From: Planctomycetales bacterium
GTDB taxonomy: Bacteria > Planctomycetota > Planctomycetia > Pirellulales > JAEUIK01
DNA length: 57,804 nt
Reading direction: 5' to 3'
NCBI GenBank assembly: GCA_020426575.1
Contig: JAGQPT010000011.1
Span: 1 to 57,804 of the forward strand
Shown here: positions 10,154-19,012 of the stretch, one piece after another
How the letters are laid out: every line of letters begins with the position of its first letter
How positions within the stretch are numbered: position 1 is the stretch's first letter
Program-made: the position numbers and the translations under genes
The notes under the pieces: model-generated
What the model was told of the DNA's origin: nothing
Database searches by the model: none
Seen by the model: only the letters and a program-made list of their open reading frames with translations

Positions 10154-10723
10154 GTGCCGGCTGGCAACCTGTCACCATTTGCCTCAGGGGCAACACCGAG
10201 TCCCACACAAAGGAATCCGACCATCGAACGATCGCTTCGGCTCAACGACCAGATCCGCGTGAGTCCCGTCCGTGTCATTACCAACGACGGCGAACAACTC
10301 GGCATCATTCCTACAGAAGAGGCGCTGGAGCGCGCGCGCGAGGCGGATCTCGATCTCGTCGAGGTGGCCCCTGACGAACGGCCGCCCGTTTGCCGCATCA
10401 TGGACTACGGCAAGTTCAAGTATCAGCAGAAAAAGCGCCAGCACAAAAGCCACGCCCACCAGACCAAGACCAAGGAAATCCGCGTTCGTCCCAAGACGGG
10501 CGAGCACGACATCCAGGTGAAGGTCAATCGCGCGCGGCAGTTCTTGCAGCACAAAGACAAGGTCGTCGTCACCGTCATCTTCCGGGGCCGTGAGATGGCC
10601 CACGTCGAAGAAGGTCAGCGCGTCGTCAACGAACTGCTCGCGCAACTCGAAGACGTTGCCAAGGTCGAGCAACCTCCCCGGCAAATGGGCCGCCGCATCA
10701 CCTGCACCGTGGCGCCGAAGTAA
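10154..10723 (+). CDS. infC: translation initiation factor IF-3
   Basis: The sequence ...[61 protein letters not shown]...[14 protein letters not shown]... is unmistakably IF-3. The ORF opens with GTG at 10154. An in-frame ATC at 10223 preceded by AAGGAA (10210..10215) is an equally plausible non-canonical start. Confidence 0.93.
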   Translation: MPAGNLSPFASGATPSPTQRNPTIERSLRLNDQIRVSPVRVITNDGEQLGIIPTEEALERAREADLDLVEVAPDERPPVCRIMDYGKFKYQQKKRQHKSHAHQTKTKEIRVRPKTGEHDIQVKVNRARQFLQHKDKVVVTVIFRGREMAHVEEGQRVVNELLAQLEDVAKVEQPPRQMGRRITCTVAPK

Positions 10724-11049
10724 GGCCCGACACGTGCGTCGGAGGGGATTCGTCACGACTGTCAGAGGCACCTCGGCCCGCGAAAATGGGCGCGCCCGAT
10801 ACGGACAAGCACGGCGCGCTTGATGCGCGGGGAAACCTCGTTGCCGCCGTCTGTTTGTCGGCGACAGAGCCGCCTCGATACCGCAATTTGAATGTCGGGC
10901 GGACCCCTCCATTTCCTCCAGATGTACGCTTTTTCATTGCGGGCGACTTCCGTCATGGATAGCATTTAGCTATCTGACGGTGACTCTTCCGCTGTCGTTC
11001 GTGTTGTTCGACGAACGCGTCGGGTGCCGCATCTCACTGGGGATTGGGC

Positions 11050-14000
11050 ATGATAGGCAGGATTCTGTGGCGCGCGTTGCCACTTGTTCTCGTCATTGCG
11101 AACGGCGCCGCATCCGCATTCGGTTCTGACGGCACCTGGGCCCTCCCAGGTTCCGGCGTCTGGGATGATCCAGCCAATTGGACGGGTGGTGTTCCCAACG
11201 TGGCAGGTGATGTCGCCACGATTGAAGATCCTCCCACGGTTGCGGCGAATATCGCGCTGGGGAGTGACTTCACGATTGGCGCTTTCGACGTCACCACCCG
11301 CGGGCCAATCAACCTCACGGGCGCAAACACTCTGATCATGGACGCCGGCGGGCTGCCAGAAAGTCGCATACTGGTTTCTCATCACTCCGGCGAGGTCGCC
11401 GTATATCCTGGTCTGGAGATTGCATCTGCTCAGACGGCCGAATTCGCGTTGCCGTCAGCGTTCTCGAAGCTACGGCTACCTGGGGGACTTCTGGGCGACG
11501 GAGGTATCCGCAAGACGGGCCTTGGTTTTCTCACCCTCGATGGCGACAACGACGCCTGGACGGGGCCATTGTCGATCGAGCAGGGTCGCGTGATTCTATC
11601 GAACGGCGCGAAACTGGGAACTTCCACGGCGGGCGCGGCCGACGGCACGACCATTCTGGCCGGCGGTGTGCTCGCGCTCGACACGCTTCAGTCGGGCGAA
11701 GTCGGCAATGAATACTTCACTCTTGCCGGCGGCCGCATCGAGTTCTCGGGAATGTCGAACGTGTCTGATGAAATACGAGAATTCCAGGGGCCGATCCACG
11801 TTCCGGCAGGCTACGAAGGCGAGTTCGTCTCGCAGGGCAATTTTGGCGCCCGCGGCAAATTGAGGTTGAGCGGCGGAGTCACGGGCGACAGCTTCTATTT
11901 CCGCAACGGTAGCGGTTATGACCAGACATTTGATGACAACCCCGTCTCTCTGACCGGCGCGTTGACATTTCAGAATGTTCGCAGCGACGGTCAATTCGGG
12001 CAAAACGTTATTTTGAACGTGCAAGTCGAGGCCGACGAACTCTTTGTGCTTGGCCGATTCTCACCGGCGCGGCCGCCCACGTCCAATGCAGGTGTCGCCG
12101 GCGGGTTGTACTTCAATGCTGACGCACATTTCGGGCGAATCAAGATTGAGGACGGCTTCATCGCGGGTACCGCTGCCGTGTTTGCGTCGGACGATCCCGT
12201 CGTGGACATCTGGAATGGTGGCATCGACATCGGCATACAGGGCGTCGAAGAAGTCCACAAATGGACACCGCAACGGGCAATGACTCTGGTTCAGGACGAC
12301 GTTCAATATCACGTCCACGGCGGCATCTTACACCTCAGCGACGATGATGTCGCGACGGGCGCCACCGCGCGCATAGAGGCAGCTCAACACGCCACGCTGG
12401 AAGTTCGCGTCGAGTCGCACTTTGACGTCGACATCGATCTGAACAACGGTCTTGGCCTGCCCGTGACTGGCGCCTTGCTGTCCAGGGGTGGTCTATTTGG
12501 CGACGTTCAGCTTGGCGACGTGGGCTCGGTCATCCAAGGAGGCGGCGACACTCAAATTTATGGCGACGTCAGCGGCGGTGCGCTGACTGTCTTTGGCCAA
12601 CCGGTCCATATTCAATCGGACGCGTCGTATACGGGCACCACAACGATTGGGCGCGGTGGCGAGCGCGCCACCCTCGACATCGGCGGTTCGATTGCCCACT
12701 CCAGCGACATCATCGTCAACACCGGCGGCGAGCTTCGCGCCGCTGCCCCCGGTTTGCACGGCGACGCCAACGTCCGACTGCGTGGTGGCGAGTTCACCGG
12801 ATTCGGTACCACTGGGACGATCGCTAACGTACTGCTCGAATCGGCCCACTCTGCCCTGCAGGCGGACGACGATTCCCTGGTCAACGTCGGCACGCTAACT
12901 CGGGACGACGTCGCCACGGTGCTGTTTCGCGCAGAGGGCAACTTTAACCTCGGCGACGTCGACGCGCACGCCGCGCATATCTTCTTGCAAACACCACCTT
13001 CGCTCGATCATGGCATTATCGGCGGTTGGGCGGTCGCTGAAAATCGCGACAACTTGAACTTCCTGCAAACCGATTTTGCCACGTACACCGAAAGTCGAGG
13101 CGTGGTTCCACTCTCGCCCAACGGTCGCCCCAGCCAGGTGGCCCTCGCACAACCGACGGACAACGTTCGTATCGTGAGCGGCCAGTCACCACTCACGGCC
13201 GACGTGACGCTCAACTCACTCGTTTTCGCGGGACCGTTTAACTCGGGCGAGCGCGACGTTGACCTTGACGGACACACGCTGACCGTCGCGTCGGGAGGCA
13301 TCATCGGTTGGCGGGCGAATTCGCTCGAAGTGATTGAAAACGGCACGCTCACTTCCGGGATCAACCAACTCTTCCTGTACGAAGGCATGGAAGTGAGCGC
13401 CAACATCACCGATGGCCCCGCGGGTACCGTCGACCTCGTCATTGACACCTCGCTGGAAAACGTGATCATCAGTGGTGCCAATTCATACTCGGGGGCAACG
13501 TACGTACGCGGAAGCGAGGTAACATTTACCAGCGAAGCCTCGCTGCCGGTCGACACGGAACTCTACGTCGAAGCAGCTGAATTCCATCTCAACTTTGTCC
13601 CCCAACAACCCGTCGACGTTGGAACGCTGTATCTTCAACAGGGGGGTGGGCTCTTTGGTGCCCCGGTCGAAGCCGACCGATACGAAGTCGAATCCGGGTT
13701 GATCTTCGCGGAACTTCACGGCGATGCCGAGTTCGTCAAGACGACGCCGGGGAAACTGCGGATTTCGGGTACAACGGGGCTTGCGCCGATGGAACACTTC
13801 TCGGGGCCTCTCTACATCCACGACGGTCTTGTCACCGCGGAACTTTTATATGGAGGCGTGGGGTCGGGAACTGTCCACTTGACCGGAGGAGTCGTCGAGT
13901 TCGATCCTCGGGGCACCGACGACGGTGTCTGCAACAACGACTTTATCCTCGACGGCGGCGCCGTGGCCGTCTATAGCGCTGAACTCGTCTTGGCCGGCAC

Positions 14001-15153
14001 AGTCGACGTGCAAAGCGACTCGGCCCTGCTCACCTTCCAGGCGTCTTTCGACGCAGGACGTTACTCTTCGCAAGACCCATACGACGGCACAATCTCCGTC
14101 GTGGGGCCGACGATCCTCCGCAACGGCGTCACGCTCAGCAAAGTCGGGCTGGGACAACTGAACCTCGACGACCTTCACGTCGGGGCCGACACGTCCATCG
14201 CAAATCCAGTCCTCGGGGTCGGTCTCCGCGGCCAGATCGTGTCAAACGACGTCAACGCATCACTCAACCTGATCGCCAGCGGGACCGGGGAAGGATATAC
14301 CGAATTTGCTGCGTCGCTCTGGGCGCGTCAGGGCGAGTCTCTCACATTGCTCGACGACGGTGCTTACTTTGAAGTGGGCGTGCAAGGCGCTAACAAACAA
14401 ATCTCCGGCGGCGGCACGATCATCAATGATCTGTTCGTCGCCGACGGCGCATACGTCCGGCCAGGTGACACCATCGGTAGCCTCACCGCGGCCGGCAATC
14501 TCACCCTCGGCGCTGCCGCGACATTGAGCATCGAAATGCCCGATCCCGTAGCCTTGCCGGGAATCGGCTGGGATCTGCTGAGCGTGGGAGCATCGCTCGC
14601 CTTCGCCGGCACCGAGGGGGCGCCCGTCGCGCTCGAACTGACAAGTCTCGACGGCGGTGGCGCCGTGGGGCCGCTCGAAGATTTCGACACACACGCGAAA
14701 TACGAATGGATGGTCGCTGCGGCGGGAAGTTTGCTCGGATTTGATCCCGGTGACGTCGACGTCGACGCCGCTGCCTTTTTCGACCTCAATGCCGCACCGT
14801 CGAGCGCTCACGTCTGGCTCGAAGCACGCGGCAACACACTGTTCGCGGTCTATGAGCTCGTTCCCGGGCCCGAGGACGGCGACGCCAACTCGGATGGAGT
14901 GGTCGACGGCAACGATTACCTCATCTGGGCCGCCAATTTTGACGCGATGGATCCTCCCGACGTAATCGACGGGCCCAACGACGGCGACTTCAACCACGAC
15001 GGTGCCGTAAACGGAATCGACTATCTCACTTGGGCGTCAAACTACGGCGCAGGTGTCGTGACGACACCCGTGCCGGAGCCAATGTCGTGCGCCCTGCTCG
15101 TCGTCGGCCTGGCGGCGGGCGTCACCGCGCGGCCTCGGCGTCGCAAAAGGTGA
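11050..15153 (+). CDS. giant secreted PATR (autotransporter-associated beta-strand) repeat protein with dockerin-like repeats and PEP-CTERM anchor
   Basis: There is a signal peptide (MIGRILWRALPLVLVIANGAASAFG). PATR-like units recur (IRKTGLGFLTLDGDNDAWTGPLSIEQGRV, SGANSYSGATYVRGSEV). The C-terminus has DANSDGVVDGNDYLIWAANF and DFNHDGAVNGIDYLTWASNYG, then VPEP plus a TM segment plus RPRRRKR. The ORF opens with TTG at 11044 and ATG 11050 was taken as the start. Confidence 0.85.
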   Translation: MIGRILWRALPLVLVIANGAASAFGSDGTWALPGSGVWDDPANWTGGVPNVAGDVATIEDPPTVAANIALGSDFTIGAFDVTTRGPINLTGANTLIMDAGGLPESRILVSHHSGEVAVYPGLEIASAQTAEFALPSAFSKLRLPGGLLGDGGIRKTGLGFLTLDGDNDAWTGPLSIEQGRVILSNGAKLGTSTAGAADGTTILAGGVLALDTLQSGEVGNEYFTLAGGRIEFSGMSNVSDEIREFQGPIHVPAGYEGEFVSQGNFGARGKLRLSGGVTGDSFYFRNGSGYDQTFDDNPVSLTGALTFQNVRSDGQFGQNVILNVQVEADELFVLGRFSPARPPTSNAGVAGGLYFNADAHFGRIKIEDGFIAGTAAVFASDDPVVDIWNGGIDIGIQGVEEVHKWTPQRAMTLVQDDVQYHVHGGILHLSDDDVATGATARIEAAQHATLEVRVESHFDVDIDLNNGLGLPVTGALLSRGGLFGDVQLGDVGSVIQGGGDTQIYGDVSGGALTVFGQPVHIQSDASYTGTTTIGRGGERATLDIGGSIAHSSDIIVNTGGELRAAAPGLHGDANVRLRGGEFTGFGTTGTIANVLLESAHSALQADDDSLVNVGTLTRDDVATVLFRAEGNFNLGDVDAHAAHIFLQTPPSLDHGIIGGWAVAENRDNLNFLQTDFATYTESRGVVPLSPNGRPSQVALAQPTDNVRIVSGQSPLTADVTLNSLVFAGPFNSGERDVDLDGHTLTVASGGIIGWRANSLEVIENGTLTSGINQLFLYEGMEVSANITDGPAGTVDLVIDTSLENVIISGANSYSGATYVRGSEVTFTSEASLPVDTELYVEAAEFHLNFVPQQPVDVGTLYLQQGGGLFGAPVEADRYEVESGLIFAELHGDAEFVKTTPGKLRISGTTGLAPMEHFSGPLYIHDGLVTAELLYGGVGSGTVHLTGGVVEFDPRGTDDGVCNNDFILDGGAVAVYSAELVLAGTVDVQSDSALLTFQASFDAGRYSSQDPYDGTISVVGPTILRNGVTLSKVGLGQLNLDDLHVGADTSIANPVLGVGLRGQIVSNDVNASLNLIASGTGEGYTEFAASLWARQGESLTLLDDGAYFEVGVQGANKQISGGGTIINDLFVADGAYVRPGDTIGSLTAAGNLTLGAAATLSIEMPDPVALPGIGWDLLSVGASLAFAGTEGAPVALELTSLDGGGAVGPLEDFDTHAKYEWMVAAAGSLLGFDPGDVDVDAAAFFDLNAAPSSAHVWLEARGNTLFAVYELVPGPEDGDANSDGVVDGNDYLIWAANFDAMDPPDVIDGPNDGDFNHDGAVNGIDYLTWASNYGAGVVTTPVPEPMSCALLVVGLAAGVTARPRRRKR

Positions 15154-15164
15154 AACGTGTCACC

Positions 15165-15965
15165 TCAGTTCAGCGTCTCTTCCGGACCCGGGAACGTGCC
15201 GGCGCGGACGTCGGCGCAGTAGGCTTCGGCCGCCTCTTGGGTGGCTTTGCCTAGCTCGGCGTACTTGCGCACAAACCGCGGGGTGCGGCCGATCGTCAGC
15301 CCCAGCAGGTCGTGCGTCACCAGCACCTGCCCGTCGCAGCCCGCTCCAGCGCCGATGCCAATCGTGGGGATTTTCAACTCCGCGGAAATCTTTGTTGCCA
15401 CCTCGGCCGGGATGCACTCGAGCACCACGGCAAACGCACCGGCGGCCTCGACGGCCAACGAATCCTGCAGCAACCGGTCCTCGTCGCGCTGCACCTTGTA
15501 ACCACCGAGTGCGTGCACGCTCTGCGGACGCAGGCCACAGTGCGCCATCACCGGGATGCCCGCCCCGACGAGCCCGGCGATCACGTCGGCCTGCTGCGCG
15601 CCTCCTTCGAGCTTGACCGCCTGGCAACGCGATTCCTTGAGCATCCGGCCGGCAATTTCGATCGTCCGCGAGATCCCCAGGTGGAACGTGGGAAACGGCA
15701 TGTCGATCACGACCAGCGCCCGCCGCACGGCCCGCGCCACCATCTCGGCGTGGTAGATCATCTGGTCGACCGAGACGGGCAGCGTGGTCTCCTGGCCCTG
15801 CACAACCATCGCCAGGGTATCGCCGATCAGCAGCGCATCGACGCCGGCCGCGTCGAGCCGCATGGCCGTGGGATAGTCGTAGGCGGTGAGCATCGCGATC
15901 CGCTGGCCGGCGGCCTTCATGCCCACAAATGTGGGCACCGTGATCCGTTTCGCATTACTCGGCAT
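15165..15965 (-). CDS. panB: 3-methyl-2-oxobutanoate hydroxymethyltransferase
   Basis: MLTAYDYPTA, GDTLAMVVQG, VIDMPF and VKLEGG are typical KPHMT motifs, and the 266-aa length fits. Confidence 0.95.
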   Translation of the reverse strand: MPSNAKRITVPTFVGMKAAGQRIAMLTAYDYPTAMRLDAAGVDALLIGDTLAMVVQGQETTLPVSVDQMIYHAEMVARAVRRALVVIDMPFPTFHLGISRTIEIAGRMLKESRCQAVKLEGGAQQADVIAGLVGAGIPVMAHCGLRPQSVHALGGYKVQRDEDRLLQDSLAVEAAGAFAVVLECIPAEVATKISAELKIPTIGIGAGAGCDGQVLVTHDLLGLTIGRTPRFVRKYAELGKATQEAAEAYCADVRAGTFPGPEETLN

Positions 15966-16263
15966 AGGGGGTCCGTCGGCGGCAGGAGCAAGATTTGCAG
16001 AGAAGGTCGGTCACACGCGCCGCGTGCAACTTGGTTCCACCGAACACATTGTGACGCTGCGGCGAGCGCCTGGCAACCGCCGGCTCGGCCGATTTGCTGA
16101 CGCACCGCGCCCGGCTCTCCCCCACGCGGCAATGGAAAACTCCCGCCAATTCGGTTATTCTCGATGAGTCGTGAATTCCCGTTCTGAATCGGCTGTTCGC
16201 TGCGCGTCACCGTCGCCCTGCGTCAGCAGCTTGCCGTGCGTCGAGACCTTTGAGGAGAGGCCC

Positions 16264-17073
16264 ATGCTCCAGCAAGTCGCTGTACCGGTGCGCACCAGGA
16301 TGGCACTTTTGGCCGTCGGGATTGTTCTGTTCGCCGCGACCGATAGCGTGTGGGCTCAACTGCCAACGCTGCAGAGCAACGCCGAGCGGAGGCGGCTCGA
16401 ACAACAGCGCGACGCCCAGGCCGCCAACCTGCTCCGCATGCAACAACAGCTGCGTTTCAGCAAATTCTCGGGCAAGATCGCGAACCTGCAGCAAAGCGCC
16501 ATCACCGTCGACGCCGAAGGCAAGACCTACGTCGTGCAGGTACATCCCCAAAAGACCAGGGTGACGATCGTGGGCGACGCCGGGCCCGAAGTGCTCCGCA
16601 CCGGTGTACTCGTGCAGTTCGACACGTTGCTCAACCCGCAAAAGACGATGGCGCTTGAGCCGGTCGAAAAGCTGCTGGTGCTCACGCCTTCGCCGCGCAC
16701 TCAGCCGGGCGTGATCAGCGACACGCCCAACGACCACACGCTGCCGTACACGGTGCGCGGCCCGATCAGCCGGCTCGTCGGACCGCAGATGACCGTGGCC
16801 GCCTCGCGGAAACAAGTCCGCGCCGAGTTGGGCAAGAAACCCACGGTGCAGATCGAGGTGAGCGACACCTCGCTCGTCGCCGTCGGCGATCATGTCGACG
16901 TCGAGGGCGCCGAAGTGACGCCGGGCCTCGTCCAGGCCGTCGACGTGAGGATCGCGCTTAGCAAACCGGTCGGCGATAAGGAAGCCGGCGCCGAGGCCGC
17001 AAACGATCGTAAGACGGGTGACGCCGCCAACCCTCAACGCCGTCCGCCCCCCAAACAAGGCCGCAGCAGTTGA
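16264..17073 (+). CDS. secreted hypothetical protein
   Basis: Trimmed to ATG 16264, which follows GAGGAGAGG. It has a signal peptide (MALLAVGIVLFAATDSVWAQ), a Gln-rich coiled segment and then beta-rich repeats. Confidence 0.6.
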   Translation: MLQQVAVPVRTRMALLAVGIVLFAATDSVWAQLPTLQSNAERRRLEQQRDAQAANLLRMQQQLRFSKFSGKIANLQQSAITVDAEGKTYVVQVHPQKTRVTIVGDAGPEVLRTGVLVQFDTLLNPQKTMALEPVEKLLVLTPSPRTQPGVISDTPNDHTLPYTVRGPISRLVGPQMTVAASRKQVRAELGKKPTVQIEVSDTSLVAVGDHVDVEGAEVTPGLVQAVDVRIALSKPVGDKEAGAEAANDRKTGDAANPQRRPPPKQGRSS

Positions 17074-17092
17074 TCGCCGGGATCATCCAGCG

Positions 17093-17575
17093 CTACCAGC
17101 GCCACTGGAACGTGGCCTGATAATCGGTTTCGTAATAGCGGCGATGGGTCCAGTAGCGCACGCCCTGCCGCCCGCCGATCCACGTGCCGTGGTCCGAGCG
17201 GATCGGGAAACCCAGGCCGGCGTGGGGATAGTACGCCGGGTCTCTGAAGTTGTAGTTCGGTGGTGGTTCGTGTCCACCGACCACGTCAGACGACGCTGCG
17301 CCCGAGCGGATCAATCGCGTTGCGCCGCTCGAAACCGAGTCATCCGCGATGACCACGTCGGCAGTTGCTGCGTCGGTCGAGTTTGTGGAAGCCCGGCTGC
17401 CGCCGAACCGGCCCGCCGAGGGCGCCGTCCGTAGCGATGGCGAGCCGAACTGGCTCCAGCGCGTCGACGAAGCGGCGGTGACCTCGGCCCCGTGGGCCTC
17501 GACACCCGCCATCGAGCCGTTCATCACGAACAGCGTGGCAAGCGTCAAACATATGAGCGAAGCGCGGCGCGACAT
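17093..17575 (-). CDS. secreted hypothetical protein with aromatic-rich C-terminus (ends ...YQATFQWRW)
   Basis: Trimmed to ATG 17575 (MSRRASLICLTLATLFVMNGSMAGVEA signal peptide). A Ser/Ala-rich middle region is followed by a Tyr/Trp/Arg-rich tail. Confidence 0.55.
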   Translation of the reverse strand: MSRRASLICLTLATLFVMNGSMAGVEAHGAEVTAASSTRWSQFGSPSLRTAPSAGRFGGSRASTNSTDAATADVVIADDSVSSGATRLIRSGAASSDVVGGHEPPPNYNFRDPAYYPHAGLGFPIRSDHGTWIGGRQGVRYWTHRRYYETDYQATFQWRW

Positions 17576-17827
17576 GGACTTCAATCTCGATCGGGGGCTT
17601 ACTCTGTTACTTCGGCGCAGCACGCCGTGCGGCTCAATCAAACGTACGCTGCTGCCAGCGATCATGGCACACGGTGGCGCGTTCCGCCGGCACGTTCCGT
17701 TGAACCGGAATGCGCAGATGTTGCGACCGGTGCATCCGGCGCCAGAGCGCCCAGCCTCGGCAGGAGAGTGCCCCGCCTCCGCAGGTAGGTGCGACGGTTA
17801 CGCATCGCTGCGACGTCGGTGACTGCT

Positions 17828-18835
17828 TCACCAGTGGTAGTTGCCGCGATAGCCGAAGCGGCCACCCCAGCCCCGCAGGTAGCCGGGGTTGTAGCCCCAC
17901 CAGCCCAGGCCACGGGCTCCGAAGTAACCGTAGCCCGGATAGCCATAGCCCGCGTATCCGAAGCCGCCATAACCCAGTCCGCCCCAGCCCCAACCGGGCC
18001 AACCCCAGCCGAAGTAGCCGAACCGCCAGAACGGCCAGGCCCAGCTCAACCGCGCACCCAGGTAGGGATAGCCATAGAAGTCCCACCAGGTGTTGCCGGG
18101 CGTGCCGTAGAGGAAACCGGCCGCACCGAAGTCGGCGCTATGCTGGTTGCCAACACCGTGGTAGCCCAGGCATTCGTCGAAGTTTCCCACGTTGGGATAG
18201 GGGCCAAACCGACGAGGTGACGCGTAGCACGTGTCGAGGAAGTGCGCTGCGTCGTCATACGACTGGGAATAAAACTGGTCGATGTCCGGGGCGACGGTCG
18301 CGGGAGCGGTCGGCTCGAACAATTCGGCCGGCGGCGCCGGCGGTGCATCCTCGGCCGCGTCCTCGGCCGGGTTATCGGCAAACGTTTCCGTCCCCGAGTT
18401 GGCGTCGTTGTTCAGCGGCGGTTGGTAGGCCGTCAGCGCATGACGCGCCGGTGCGCTTTGCAGCACCCAGTATTCCATCTTGCGATCGGCCACGCCGGAC
18501 AAACGCGTCTCGGAGTGCCGAGTCGCGGACGAGCCCGCCGCGGACCGGTCCACGTCGTCGACCGCTTTGCGGTACCGCTCCACGATCTGGCCGGGCGTGA
18601 TGATGAGCGGCCCCGGCGCGTCACTGCCGTCGAACCTCGGTGCGTAGTAACGCCCCGGCACGTTCGTGGGCACTTGGTATCGCACGACTCGTGCGCCGCT
18701 TCGCTCCGTCGGCAGCGCCAGCGACGATGCGCCGGCGACGAACTGCGCATGCGCAACATGTCCCCCTGCCAGCAACAACGACAGCGTGAGCGCAAACATC
18801 ACAGCGACCGGACCGGCCGACATCGATCGACTCAT
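17828..18835 (-). CDS. secreted protein with Gly/Tyr/Trp/Phe low-complexity C-terminal domain
   Basis: The signal peptide is MSRSMSAGPVAVMFALTLSLLLAGGHVAHA. The last ~100 aa read ...WDFYGYPYLGARLSWAWPFWRFGYFGWGWPGWGWGGLGYGGFGYAGYGYPGYGYFGARGLGWWGYNPGYLRGWGGRFGYRGNYHW. Confidence 0.65.
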   Translation of the reverse strand: MSRSMSAGPVAVMFALTLSLLLAGGHVAHAQFVAGASSLALPTERSGARVVRYQVPTNVPGRYYAPRFDGSDAPGPLIITPGQIVERYRKAVDDVDRSAAGSSATRHSETRLSGVADRKMEYWVLQSAPARHALTAYQPPLNNDANSGTETFADNPAEDAAEDAPPAPPAELFEPTAPATVAPDIDQFYSQSYDDAAHFLDTCYASPRRFGPYPNVGNFDECLGYHGVGNQHSADFGAAGFLYGTPGNTWWDFYGYPYLGARLSWAWPFWRFGYFGWGWPGWGWGGLGYGGFGYAGYGYPGYGYFGARGLGWWGYNPGYLRGWGGRFGYRGNYHW

Positions 18836-19012
18836 GACGACCCTCCCGCAGGGTCACAACACGCATAACCGGAACCACCGCCCCACAACTTCCATGCTAG
18901 GCAGAGGCCAACCCCGGAGCAAGAAATCGGCCTCGGGGGGCACTCGAAATACCGGCCACCGACGCGCCAGCCGGCGGGGGCAACCCAGTGATGCGGCCGA
19001 GTTGGTCCGCGT

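Noticed and set aside
10590-10965. Small basic ORFs after infC as candidate rpmI/rplT.
   Set aside because: The sequences bear no resemblance to L35 (MPKxKTxxxxxKRF) or L20, and their composition is non-protein-like.
17710-18600. + strand ORFs (296 aa and others) across the GYW-rich gene region.
   Set aside because: They are extremely Arg/Pro/Ser-rich, have no signal peptide or motif, and mirror the Gly/Trp/Tyr codon repeats of the minus-strand gene, which has a clean signal peptide and ATG.
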